A DNA stretch of 64,000 nucleotides. Source: Actinomycetes bacterium (lineage in GTDB: Bacteria; Actinomycetota; Acidimicrobiia; Acidimicrobiales; Acidimicrobiaceae). The position numbers were made by a program, and so were the translations under genes. The stretch lies in the NCBI GenBank assembly GCA_021785255.1, contig JAJYGA010000009.1, forward strand, positions 11,397-75,396. The letters run 5' to 3'. Below are positions 1 through 9,125 of this stretch, piece by piece. Position 1 is the stretch's first letter; every line of letters starts with the position of its first letter. Below the pieces are notes generated by a model. That model was not told where the DNA came from and ran no database searches. It was given only the letters and a program-made list of their open reading frames with translations.

Positions 1-207
1 GTTATCAATTCTATGTACTCACCGACTCAGGAGCTTTTCGATAAGGCTTGGAACATACTTGATGCATATAAAGCTGCAACCAGTTCCGAAGGAAAAGGAG
101 CTGTTATGTTTGGCGATGAAATGATCGATGAAGCAAGCAGAAAGATGGCTATGAAGTTTGTCTCAAGGGGAGAACGAGCTGGTCTAAAGAGAAGTTCCAA
201 CGGTTAG
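1..207 (+). CDS. 3' end of a CitE/HpcH-type (citryl/malyl-CoA lyase-like) gene; the 5' part lies outside the window
   Basis: The frame is open from base 1 to the TAG at 205-207. The tail ...SSEGKGAVMFGDEMIDEASRKMA resembles the conserved G-x-G-...-G-x-M-I-D C-terminus of citrate-lyase-beta-like lyases. Acyl-CoA genes lie nearby. Confidence 0.45.
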   Translation, partial: VINSMYSPTQELFDKAWNILDAYKAATSSEGKGAVMFGDEMIDEASRKMAMKFVSRGERAGLKRSSNG

Positions 208-952
208 TGTTGTCGCTTTGTTATCGGTACTATCTGGCGGAAAGGTGTGTTCTGATGACGAAAAATAAGTGCTGTCACACCTTGCTGGATTTACTGGAGC
301 AAAGGGAACACCATCGTCCAGAAGTCATGTTCACCAATTAGCGGATCCGCGAAAACTGGCGGTAAACGAAGAGGAGAATCGACCAGAACGGATTAGTTTG
401 ACTCGTACGTAGTCACGCCGAGGAACCATCACAACTCCAATAGAGTTCAAATGTAAAAGTAAATGACATATCTGTATTCTTGCCAAAAGATTGGAGAAAT
501 CCAAGGATATGGCGACTATTGTGCACAACTTTAGGTGGCACATAACCGAGTTTCGCGGAGAGAAATTGTTGTGAGTGCCATCATGTCACTGTGGTTTGCA
601 GTACATGCATACATGCAAGTGCTGCAGAGTTCCGTTGATCATTGTCGCAACTAAGGCATATGGTGATTACGTATGCGCGAACGTATCGCACTTGTCACTG
701 TCCTGCGCGAAGAATTCCGAAAGTTCGACACGAAGTAGAAATATGTGCATCCCTGTTACTGTTATGAGTATCTCCTGACTCGTACGTTGCCAGCAAAGTG
801 ACAGCTAAGAGCATGGCTTGATCCTTGACAGGTGAAACGGCACGAGTATCGGGTGTTCTTGCCGATGCTGTCATTATCTTTTTGAGAAGCGTCTTTTTTC
901 TTTTATTGGTCTTGTTCTGTTTTGCACATGTCAAGTATCTATGTGACGATCC

Positions 953-1786
953 TTAGGCTAATTTTTTGACACCTTCACCGAGTACGAGAACGATAGCACC
1001 TGCAGCCAGCATCGCTACTAAAAACGTTGTTGCTGGTCCGCCTGTTGCCTTTAGGACTGCGGCTGTAATTTGGGCCCAACTGAAGGCTACTTGAGGAAGT
1101 ATGTATGTGGGTATGAACCAAAACAATATGGCGTCAATTATCGATGTACCAATAAGCCAAAATCCCACTTTCCGAAGCACCGCTCCGGGGCTGGGATGAA
1201 TTACGAGGGAAAGTATGAGCATTAGTGCGGCAATAGCTATAAAGAGTTTTTCCAGTTTGTTGGCTTGTTTTGCGTAGGTTCCTAAATTAGGAAGAGCCGA
1301 TCCAGGAATCTTAATGGCTAATCCCTGCTGAGCAATGGTTTGAGCGACTTGGGTAGAATAGGGTGCTATTTGAGAGGCGACATCCTGTGAAAATGCGGGA
1401 CCACCCAGTACGATCGGACCTGTGTTAGCGCCAGTCAGATGGCCTTGTGCCGTGTTCATTGCGTTTTGAAACTCTGCGTCCACCTGTGGATTCGCCAACG
1501 CTTTGGTTATGATCTGATCCAGCTGTGCTTCACTAATGGCTGCGTTTCCGCCAAAAAGAGGAAGTAGGGCGGTACCTAATGCTCCCGCCATGGCGGAACG
1601 CACAGATGTATTCTTAACTAGTTGAGTGGTTGCCTGCCCGAGTCGTCCAGGCTCAAGAAATGATAGCTGAGTGAGATGTATGAAGGTGGCTCCCCATCCA
1701 AATAAGAGGCCAATGGTCAAAATTAAACTACCCAAGGTTCTGCGCATATTTCCTCGCGTCTTGTCTAGCCCTTCAAGGCACTTCAT
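953..1786 (-). CDS. Polytopic membrane protein, function unknown
   Basis: 277-aa ORF with several long hydrophobic segments (LGSLILTIGLLFGW..., IAALMLILSLVI..., WLIGTSIIDAILFWFIP..., FLVAMLAAGAIVLVL). No catalytic motif recognised. The start could be the internal Met (MRRTLGS). Confidence 0.6.
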   Translation of the reverse strand: MKCLEGLDKTRGNMRRTLGSLILTIGLLFGWGATFIHLTQLSFLEPGRLGQATTQLVKNTSVRSAMAGALGTALLPLFGGNAAISEAQLDQIITKALANPQVDAEFQNAMNTAQGHLTGANTGPIVLGGPAFSQDVASQIAPYSTQVAQTIAQQGLAIKIPGSALPNLGTYAKQANKLEKLFIAIAALMLILSLVIHPSPGAVLRKVGFWLIGTSIIDAILFWFIPTYILPQVAFSWAQITAAVLKATGGPATTFLVAMLAAGAIVLVLGEGVKKLA

Positions 1787-1861
1787 TTAGACTATCGGCA
1801 CCTAGATACTTATGGCTTAGTGAGCAACTAAAAGTTTTGATCCTTTCACATCTCTATCGAG

Positions 1862-3460
1862 CTAATTTGACTCCAGCAATCTTTTTGCAATCACCTTTAG
1901 GGCTAATGTTTCGTCTGCTCCTTCAAAGATCGACAGTACTCGAGCATCGACAAAGAGCCTGCTGACTGTGTACTCTTCTGCATAACCCATTCCGCCATGG
2001 ATCTGCATTGCCTCCCTGGTCACCCACTCGGCAGCTTTGCAGACGTAAGCCTTGACCATCGAGGCCTCAAGAACACCTTCACCTTTTGCCATCATGGATG
2101 CAACATCGTAAGAGAATTGTCTTGCAGCTTGTATATGTGCTGCCATTTTCCCGAGCTTGACTTTTGTTAGTTGGTAATCAACGATGTGTCGTCCAAAGAC
2201 TGATCTCTGGTTGGCATACTTTAGAGCTTGTTCATACGCTGCCTGCATGACCCCGACGGCCCGAGCAGCCGTTTGGATTCTTCCGTTTTCGAATCCTTCC
2301 ATCTGGAAGTAGAATCCCTTGCCTAAGCCGTTGTCTCCTCCGACAAGATTCTCATTCGGTACCCACCAGTTTTGAATGGAGACCTCAAATGAGTGCATTC
2401 CTCGGTACCCAATTGTATCGATTGCGCGACCTTCGATTCTTCCCCTAGCTCCTCTTCCTGAGGGATGAGTCTTTTCGAGAAGAAACTCATGCCCTGATGA
2501 TCTTTCCTTGTCGATTATGAAAAGGGAGAGACCTCTGTAAGACTTTGTCCGATCCGGATCTGTGCGAGCGAGCAGCATGAGAACATCCGCCCTTCCAGCG
2601 AACGTGCACCAAGTCTTGACTCCGTTTATTGTCCAACCGTCACCATCTCTTGTTGCTGTCGTTTGAATGTTGGCGACGTCCGAACCGAAGTCTGGCTCGG
2701 TCACCGCGACAGCACTCATAAGCCTGCCGGAAGCGAGTTTAGGTAACCAGCTTCTTTTTTGCTCCTCGGTTCCACCTTTTAGTAGTGCGCGAGCAAGGAT
2801 CTCCGGTCGAGTTATTAGTGACCCTCCTATTCCAAGAGATCCTCGAGAGAGTTCTTCAGTAGCGATTACCATTGCTAGATAGTCGTTCCCTCCTCCAGCG
2901 GCGAACCCTCCGTACTCCTGTGGAATCGACAGTCCGAATGCCCCCATCTCTCCGAGATCGGATATGACCTCCTCTGGAACATCAAGATTCCCGCGGTGGA
3001 CTTCATCGGCCACTGGCATAAGTTTTTCTGTTGCAAATCGGCGGAAGGCGTCTTGAAGTAGTTCAAACTCTCCTTCAAGTCCTCTATCCCCAGGAGTGTC
3101 AGCTAGAGAAGCCACGAAGTTCGGCTCCCGGTATTTGGTGAAAAAGCGTATGAAGTCTTCGCGTTCTGAGGAGTTGAGGGGAAAGCAGTAGTCTCGACCA
3201 AGGGAGTTTGAGACGATTTGATGCACGACGTCTGCCACGTACGCCTGTGCCAATTTTAGCTGTAACTCCCCTTTTCGTGCGTAGTTGAGAGCGCTACGAG
3301 CGGCTTGGACTGCGGAAGCGAGGTGCGCAAGATCGTATGCTATCGCTTGATCATCGTCCAAGGAGAGATTTCTCCTAAAATTTTCGATTGATCTATTGAC
3401 AAAAGAAGTACAGAACGCGACCGATGTTTCAAGTTCTGTGATGTTTGAACTTTCCATCAT
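1862..3460 (-). CDS. Acyl-CoA dehydrogenase family protein with a long N-terminal extension
   Basis: 532 aa. It has the ACAD signatures AVTEPDFGSDVANIQTTA, WCTFAGRADV and QIHGGMGYAEEYTVSRLFVDARVLSIFEGADE. Confidence 0.9.
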   Translation of the reverse strand: MMESSNITELETSVAFCTSFVNRSIENFRRNLSLDDDQAIAYDLAHLASAVQAARSALNYARKGELQLKLAQAYVADVVHQIVSNSLGRDYCFPLNSSEREDFIRFFTKYREPNFVASLADTPGDRGLEGEFELLQDAFRRFATEKLMPVADEVHRGNLDVPEEVISDLGEMGAFGLSIPQEYGGFAAGGGNDYLAMVIATEELSRGSLGIGGSLITRPEILARALLKGGTEEQKRSWLPKLASGRLMSAVAVTEPDFGSDVANIQTTATRDGDGWTINGVKTWCTFAGRADVLMLLARTDPDRTKSYRGLSLFIIDKERSSGHEFLLEKTHPSGRGARGRIEGRAIDTIGYRGMHSFEVSIQNWWVPNENLVGGDNGLGKGFYFQMEGFENGRIQTAARAVGVMQAAYEQALKYANQRSVFGRHIVDYQLTKVKLGKMAAHIQAARQFSYDVASMMAKGEGVLEASMVKAYVCKAAEWVTREAMQIHGGMGYAEEYTVSRLFVDARVLSIFEGADETLALKVIAKRLLESN

Positions 3461-3513
3461 GCCAGTTTAACATAGCCGTCAAAGTTGCTACTTTCAGGAT
3501 GTGATCATTCGTG

Positions 3514-4173
3514 CTACTTGAGTTTTCCAACGACGGTTACAAGTGGAGGAAGCACAACGGTTGCTTCTTGAGGGAGGGGATGCTCTGTCATGTGAAAGAG
3601 GTAGTCCACCTCTGGTCCCGACTTAAAGCCCACTGGAGCCTCCGCCCACATGTCCTTTAATTCAACGCCAGCGTCAGCGAGGAGCTTAGGCACCAATATT
3701 CCAATGTCTGGCCACTTGATGGCCGAGGTATCAGCACTCAAGGGGTTTTCGTCGATGCGACCTGCCGACGTTATAGGTTCTTGAATTACGATCCAGCCCC
3801 CACCTTTTACGGCACCTAACATTTTGGATACCGCCACTGCTGGAGACTGTACACCTAGGAGCAGAAAACGAGCGAAAACAAGATCTACTTTTTCTGGGAG
3901 ACCAAGCTCTTCAACGGCTTGAGTCACAGCAAGCACCTGTGAGAAGAGGCTCGCCTTGGAGGCAATTTCGTTACGTCTCAAAGGATCAATGTCTACTGCA
4001 TACACACGTCCTGTTCTGCCCACTTGAGTGGCGAGAGCCACTGATACATCTCCGTTTCCCGCTCCAATATCAGCAACTTTCCATCCCGGACCAAGCCCAA
4101 TGCGTTGTAATGCGGTGATAAGTGGTCTACGATAAACATCGTCTCTTAATTCATAAAGGTCAGTTAACATCAC
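3514..4173 (-). CDS. Class I SAM-dependent methyltransferase
   Basis: Motif I VADIGAGNGDVS, followed by an acidic residue after beta-2 (VYAVDID) and a post-I/II layout typical of the Methyltransf_11/25 type. Confidence 0.8.
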   Translation of the reverse strand: MMLTDLYELRDDVYRRPLITALQRIGLGPGWKVADIGAGNGDVSVALATQVGRTGRVYAVDIDPLRRNEIASKASLFSQVLAVTQAVEELGLPEKVDLVFARFLLLGVQSPAVAVSKMLGAVKGGGWIVIQEPITSAGRIDENPLSADTSAIKWPDIGILVPKLLADAGVELKDMWAEAPVGFKSGPEVDYLFHMTEHPLPQEATVVLPPLVTVVGKLK

Positions 4174-4197
4174 AGATGTACGCTAGCTTGGAGGATT

Positions 4198-4632
4198 GTG
4201 AAAGCAACCATACTTCTATGTGATTCAGCCTTAGTGGCTGAAGGTAAATTATTCGTCTTAGGTGGAGGGTGGTCCCTTACGGGTCCCGGTTTGGCTCCAA
4301 TGGCAATAGCCTTGAAACTTGATGTAGCCTGGGGTGAGACTCAAGATATGCATCATTGGGAGCTATTTTTGGTGGACCAGGACGGAAGTGCAGTAGTGTT
4401 TGATACGCCTGAAGGCCCTCAACCGGTGGAGGTGCGTGGCGACTTTCAAGTAGGTACACCCCAAGGCGTCCCCTTGGGAGCGGATATCCCTGTTAACATA
4501 GCCGTTAACCTTGGTCCCCTGCCTCTGCCTCCTGGTGGTAGATACACGTGGCGACTTAGCGTAGATGGTGAATTGAACGCGGGATGGGAGGCCTCGTTCT
4601 CAACTCGAATGGCCGAAGAGGGCCAAGTTTAA
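4198..4632 (+). CDS. Conserved-looking hypothetical protein
   Basis: 144-aa ORF with a GTG start. It is tightly packed, lying 10 nt before the next gene. No motif recognised. Confidence 0.5.
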   Translation: MKATILLCDSALVAEGKLFVLGGGWSLTGPGLAPMAIALKLDVAWGETQDMHHWELFLVDQDGSAVVFDTPEGPQPVEVRGDFQVGTPQGVPLGADIPVNIAVNLGPLPLPPGGRYTWRLSVDGELNAGWEASFSTRMAEEGQV

Positions 4633-4641
4633 AGGACTGTT

Positions 4642-5157
4642 ATGACGACTTACGAGAGACCGTTTGGTCGTCCGTTGGAGGACTTCATTGTCGGCGATGT
4701 TTACAAGCATTGGCCTGGCAAGACGATAACAGAGTATGATGACCATCTTTTCTGTATGATAACGATGAACCACCACCCCCTGCATACGAACGCTTACTAT
4801 GCGGAGCATGAAAGTGTGCAAGGGAAAAATGTTGTTGTAGGAAATCTGGTTTATTCATTGGTCCTCGGAATGAGTGTTCCGGATATCTCGGGATCTGCAA
4901 TCGCTAACCTCGAAGTGGAGTCACTTGTTCACAAGAACCCCGTGTTCCATGGGGATACTATCTATGCTGAGACGCGTGTCATCGAAGTCGTTGAGTCAAG
5001 ATCGAAAAAAGATCGAGGCATCGTTAAAGTTGAGACCAAGGGTTTCAATCAAGACGGTGTCGAGGTGTGTTACTTTCGCCGAAAAGTAATGGTTTACAAG
5101 AGGGAGTTCATGCCGCCTCGACGTAGACCTTACGGTGGGGCTATCTGGCCCGTCTAG
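4642..5157 (+). CDS. MaoC-like (R)-specific enoyl-CoA hydratase / hot-dog fold dehydratase
   Basis: The HPLHTN...GKNVVVGNL...FHGDTIYAETRV...GIVKVETKGFNQDGVEV pattern is typical of MaoC dehydratase domains. Confidence 0.85.
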   Translation: MTTYERPFGRPLEDFIVGDVYKHWPGKTITEYDDHLFCMITMNHHPLHTNAYYAEHESVQGKNVVVGNLVYSLVLGMSVPDISGSAIANLEVESLVHKNPVFHGDTIYAETRVIEVVESRSKKDRGIVKVETKGFNQDGVEVCYFRRKVMVYKREFMPPRRRPYGGAIWPV

Positions 5158-5260
5158 CTCTAACACTGATTTGTAACGATGGGTTTTGAGAGCGCTGCTC
5201 GTAGTGCTTTGTAAGTCACGACCACCTCGTCTATGGATTTATCTGGCTCTCCTAGAAGCG

Positions 5261-6772
5261 CTAGTTGGGATTAGAAGAGCTAAGAAATACCTTATTGTAC
5301 AGATCTTCGCCGTAGCTTGTTGGAAGTGGCTCGCGTTTGACTAACCTGAAATTCCGATGTCCGTCCGCGTCTCGTTCGGCCCTGAGGAAGAGAGCGACAT
5401 TGCCATTTTGTCTATTACAAAAACTCTCTGCAAAGTCGAATTGATGCGTGACAAAGAGTACCTTGACGTGGGCATCTAGGAGTGCTCGAACGATTTGACG
5501 AGCAATCTCAGACCCCTCTCGCTCGTTGGTCGCCGCAAACGACTCGTTGAAGAACACTATGGAGTGGGACGTGAGCTGATCGGTGATAGTGCTCATCCGG
5601 AGTAGTTCCTCGTCAAGCCTTCCACTTCTCATAGATGCATCTTCTTCTCGAATGAAGTGTGTGAAGATTCCAGTAGATACGTTTGCCCGGTATGATTCGG
5701 CCGTGACAAACATGCCGCACTGCATCATCAGTTGTGCCAATCCCACGCTTCGCAGGAAGGTTGATTTACCGCCAGAGTTGGCGCCGGTTATGAGTATGAG
5801 CATATTTCCAGCAGCATCAATATCGTTACCAACTATAGGACCCTGCGCCCGCAGCGCCAGGGAGGCATCGCGGAGTTCAGTAAATGTAAGCTCAACGTTG
5901 TTCCACGCTATTGGGACAGGGAAACACGTGGGCTGATTCATCTCTTGGAGTTGTTCTTTCAAATTGAGACATCCAATGTAAAATCCTAATTCGGAGCGCA
6001 ACATGGAAAAGTAGCTCTCGATGTGATCCGCGGACTGAGCCGTTGCGTTCGCTACAGTATTGAGTCCGCGATTGACTAGATCTGATAAAGCGTTAGCACC
6101 TGCTTCGTCACGTGAGGGTATCGCGAATGTGTATGACGATCGCGGTCCAATTCCAATACGTTCTTTCCAACCCAACTTAATGTCCAGAGGTGAGCGAAGT
6201 ATGTAGTTGGTCCCGGAGTTGTCTTTATATAGTTCGGCGCTCATGAGGACACCATCTTGAAAACGCAGACGTTTTAGATGACGGTCGATTGTGGCGAAGT
6301 ACTCGTCGTCCAAATCAGTCTGAAGACTTCGAAAGAGCGTCACAAAGCCGTCGGAATGGACTTGGCCGACAAAACCATCGGCCAGTACTCTCAACTGTTT
6401 AAGCAAACCTACAAACATCTCGAGTTCTCTCACGGCGCCGCTTAAGATCGAAGATGGAAAGTGCGATGATCTATGTCCCCATAGTCCTTTCTTAGCACGA
6501 ACCGACGTAACGGTTATTTCATATAACCTTCTTGCCATCTCAGGGTAGGCAATACAGTCAGCAAGGATATGTTGGCGATAGGTGATTTCTTCCGAATCCG
6601 TTAGGCTCGTGAGCATTACTCTCTTGGACACATCAAGGATGAATTTATCTCCTTGAGCCATCGATTCGAATAACGTCGACAGTCCTAGATCTTGGATCAG
6701 GTCTTGGGAGTTGGGAGGAAGTTCACCGTCGAAGTCGAAGTCGTGCTGGGCGTAGAGCAAGTGAGCTTTCAC
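5261..6772 (-). CDS. MutS-domain-V-only ATPase (MutS-like paralogue B); no mismatch-binding, Smr or nuclease domain
   Basis: 503 aa with a GTG start that overlaps the upstream stop (GTGA). Walker A ITGANSGGKSTFLR. MutS-type signature region SGRLDEELLRMSTI. Walker B IVFFNESFAATN. LFVTHQFDF matches the ATHyfEL motif of MutS. No GxFYE domain I. Confidence 0.85.
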   Translation of the reverse strand: MKAHLLYAQHDFDFDGELPPNSQDLIQDLGLSTLFESMAQGDKFILDVSKRVMLTSLTDSEEITYRQHILADCIAYPEMARRLYEITVTSVRAKKGLWGHRSSHFPSSILSGAVRELEMFVGLLKQLRVLADGFVGQVHSDGFVTLFRSLQTDLDDEYFATIDRHLKRLRFQDGVLMSAELYKDNSGTNYILRSPLDIKLGWKERIGIGPRSSYTFAIPSRDEAGANALSDLVNRGLNTVANATAQSADHIESYFSMLRSELGFYIGCLNLKEQLQEMNQPTCFPVPIAWNNVELTFTELRDASLALRAQGPIVGNDIDAAGNMLILITGANSGGKSTFLRSVGLAQLMMQCGMFVTAESYRANVSTGIFTHFIREEDASMRSGRLDEELLRMSTITDQLTSHSIVFFNESFAATNEREGSEIARQIVRALLDAHVKVLFVTHQFDFAESFCNRQNGNVALFLRAERDADGHRNFRLVKREPLPTSYGEDLYNKVFLSSSNPN

Positions 6773-8454
6773 GATATGATCCTTTTTCTCATGAGATCGT
6801 AAGTAAGGTGATACTTTTCAGCAATTGCCAGAGCATAAGCCAAACCATCTGCGGGACCTCGCACAACTTTGTAGGTTCGCTCTGATGGATTTTCCGGAAC
6901 AATGGTGCTCTTCATGCTTACAATAGTTTCGCCGAGCGATGCAATTTCGTCGATAAATGTGACGTAGACGCATAGAAGATCTAGTTCAATAACTCGTTCC
7001 ATGATCTTGGTACCCAGGCACCTAGCGTCATTCAAAGTTGTCGATGTGAAGATCTCGTTCATGATGATAATGCTGTTGGTCGTGGCTTTTTCAAAGACGT
7101 CGTGGATCCTTACCAAATCGTCTTCGAGCTTGCCGTTCATGTTGGCGGGATCTTCTTCCTGTTCAAAGTGGGTGTATATCTTGTCGAATAGAAAAAGACG
7201 AGCGGAGGTTCCTGGCACCGGACAACCGATGCTTGCAAAATGATGCAACTGTCCAAAAGTCCGTGCAAAAGTCGTCTTACCCCCTTGATTTGGCCCAGAT
7301 ATAACCAAGACCCGTTCGAGTCCTTTCAAGTAAAAATCATTGCTGATAACCGGAGTTCTTGTCGATACCAACTTGTTGGCCAACGCCAAATCGAAGGTAT
7401 CGTTCGCAAAGATTTCCTTTGACTCTTGAGAGACTTCCGGATAACAAAACCTTAAACCAGCCAAGCGGATTGGTGAAATGTACTCGATATAGGCAACATA
7501 AAACCGAAGTTCTCGCTCAAATCGTCGAATGTTCTCATCGAAAAATCCAACGTGCTGAAGGCAGTAGTCGTCTAGTGCGCAAAATTCGGTACTAAAGAGG
7601 CGGGCCAATAGTTCAAGGATTCTTGTTCCTACATGGTTCATGCCTGGACGCCCGGGATAAAATATTTGGTAGTCTTTTACTGCGCCTTGCTTGAAGCGTT
7701 CAAACGTTTTATCGACCTCAGCGCTGTAGTCAGATTCGCCTTCATATCTCCTCACTTCGACTTTAAGACCCTTGATACGTATGGAGTATTTGATATCGGC
7801 CAAAATCTTCTTGAGGTTGTTTGTCTCAATGTTGAGACAAACAAATTCGTCGGAGGATACATAGTCGGAAAGGTAATTACGGAAGGCGTTAAGCCGCTTT
7901 GACCTTAAATTACAGGAATTAAGACGAGCGGAGAGAACGGAGATAGCTTCGCAATAGATTGCGACTTCATCAAGAAACCAACCCTCTTTCTGGTAGTGAT
8001 TTTGCATTTTTTCAATCTGTTGGGCATGTATGTCTACCTGGAGTATGTTTTGTGCGAAATCCTTGAGCGCTTTCAACAACGTCTGATCTTCTAGATCACG
8101 AAAAATCTCCTGCCGAGAGTACACCTCCTGGATATCGTGAAGTTGATTGTAAAAGTGCTTTGCAACGAAGCCAGGATCTCTCTGTCCAGCAACAATTGCA
8201 CTTACTATAATGTCGAGATTCAGATCCGATACAAAGGACTCACTATTTTGATCCTCAATATGCTCAGCGTCACAAGACTGTTCGAATAGCAGGCTCCCAA
8301 ATAGGCCTGGAGTTGATGCCGCTGAAGACGGCTTCGTTGTCTCGACATCGGCGACTTCATTGTTGAGTGAGACGGGACTATCATAGCCGGTGGAAAGGTT
8401 TCTGACAAGCGATGGTGTTTCCGTTTGAGTAACATCCCTTTCTGACTGGCTCAT
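6769..8454 (-). CDS. MutS-domain-V-only ATPase (MutS-like paralogue A) with a low-complexity N-terminus
   Basis: 561 aa with an ATG that overlaps the upstream stop (ATGA). Walker A ISGPNQGGKTTFAR, then NGKLEDDLVRIHDV, Walker B IIIMNEIFTSTT, and VYVTFIDEIA. The long helical N-terminal region resembles the MutS core/lever only loosely. Confidence 0.85.
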   Translation of the reverse strand: MSQSERDVTQTETPSLVRNLSTGYDSPVSLNNEVADVETTKPSSAASTPGLFGSLLFEQSCDAEHIEDQNSESFVSDLNLDIIVSAIVAGQRDPGFVAKHFYNQLHDIQEVYSRQEIFRDLEDQTLLKALKDFAQNILQVDIHAQQIEKMQNHYQKEGWFLDEVAIYCEAISVLSARLNSCNLRSKRLNAFRNYLSDYVSSDEFVCLNIETNNLKKILADIKYSIRIKGLKVEVRRYEGESDYSAEVDKTFERFKQGAVKDYQIFYPGRPGMNHVGTRILELLARLFSTEFCALDDYCLQHVGFFDENIRRFERELRFYVAYIEYISPIRLAGLRFCYPEVSQESKEIFANDTFDLALANKLVSTRTPVISNDFYLKGLERVLVISGPNQGGKTTFARTFGQLHHFASIGCPVPGTSARLFLFDKIYTHFEQEEDPANMNGKLEDDLVRIHDVFEKATTNSIIIMNEIFTSTTLNDARCLGTKIMERVIELDLLCVYVTFIDEIASLGETIVSMKSTIVPENPSERTYKVVRGPADGLAYALAIAEKYHLTYDLMRKRIIS

Positions 8455-9125
8455 ACCGTACCTCGTGATGCTATCTGTGATTTCAAATCGTATTTGTCCA
8501 TAACGATTTGATCCCGAAAGATCCTGCTTGCTGAGTCAATGATCTTGTCATCGTTCCTTATAGGCAGCGTAGACCGTGTTGTATTTTGCAGTGGCTGGTT
8601 CTTGACTTTGAAACCAGGCCACGTATCACTTGGTGCATCTTTGCTCAATATGCCAAGCGCCCTTCTTGTAGCTTGGAAAGGAAGCGTAACGACAGAGTCA
8701 AACGCACTGAACTTTGGCGCATTACCTGATTGGGGGTGGTTTGCTTTGGGGTCTTTGGATCGCCCTGTCCTTGATACATAGTCATGTAGGATCTGTCGAA
8801 TCTGAAGTTTCATCTTGATACCACGGCTAGTTTCGTTTTCAACGATAGTTTCGACCGGCTGGAGTCTTCCAATACCAAGTATGTTCTCAGGTGGTTCTTT
8901 CTGAGATATTACTGCAATATCGTGCTCGAAATCTAAACGTCTCAGAAGAACATTACCAAAGTCAGTATTTTCTTGATGATGTCCTTCTGACCGATTCCAC
9001 GTCTCGTTCGTCGAATGACCAAGCCTTATGGCCACCGGCCTCGATCGACTCTGGTGAGTGGAACCGCAATCAAAGTGGGTGAGATTCGACCTAATTTTTC
9101 TGAACAAGCTTGTAGCTTCGGCCAT
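8451..9125 (-). CDS. Hypothetical protein, first gene of the MutS-like operon
   Basis: 224-aa ORF. AGGAGG lies 4 nt upstream of the ATG (revcomp of 9130-9135). The stop overlaps the next start. The protein is hydrophilic with a His/Asn/Ser-rich N-terminal third. No family recognised. Confidence 0.65.
   Translation of the reverse strand: MAEATSLFRKIRSNLTHFDCGSTHQSRSRPVAIRLGHSTNETWNRSEGHHQENTDFGNVLLRRLDFEHDIAVISQKEPPENILGIGRLQPVETIVENETSRGIKMKLQIRQILHDYVSRTGRSKDPKANHPQSGNAPKFSAFDSVVTLPFQATRRALGILSKDAPSDTWPGFKVKNQPLQNTTRSTLPIRNDDKIIDSASRIFRDQIVMDKYDLKSQIASRGTV

Noticed and set aside
2667-3078. Short ORFs inside or antisense to well-supported genes, such as 2667-2882 (plus) and 2875-3078 (minus). 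Similar cases occur within the mutS-like genes, the helicase, aceE, the suf genes, thiE and others.
   Set aside because: All are nested in frames with strong family motifs and have no independent support.
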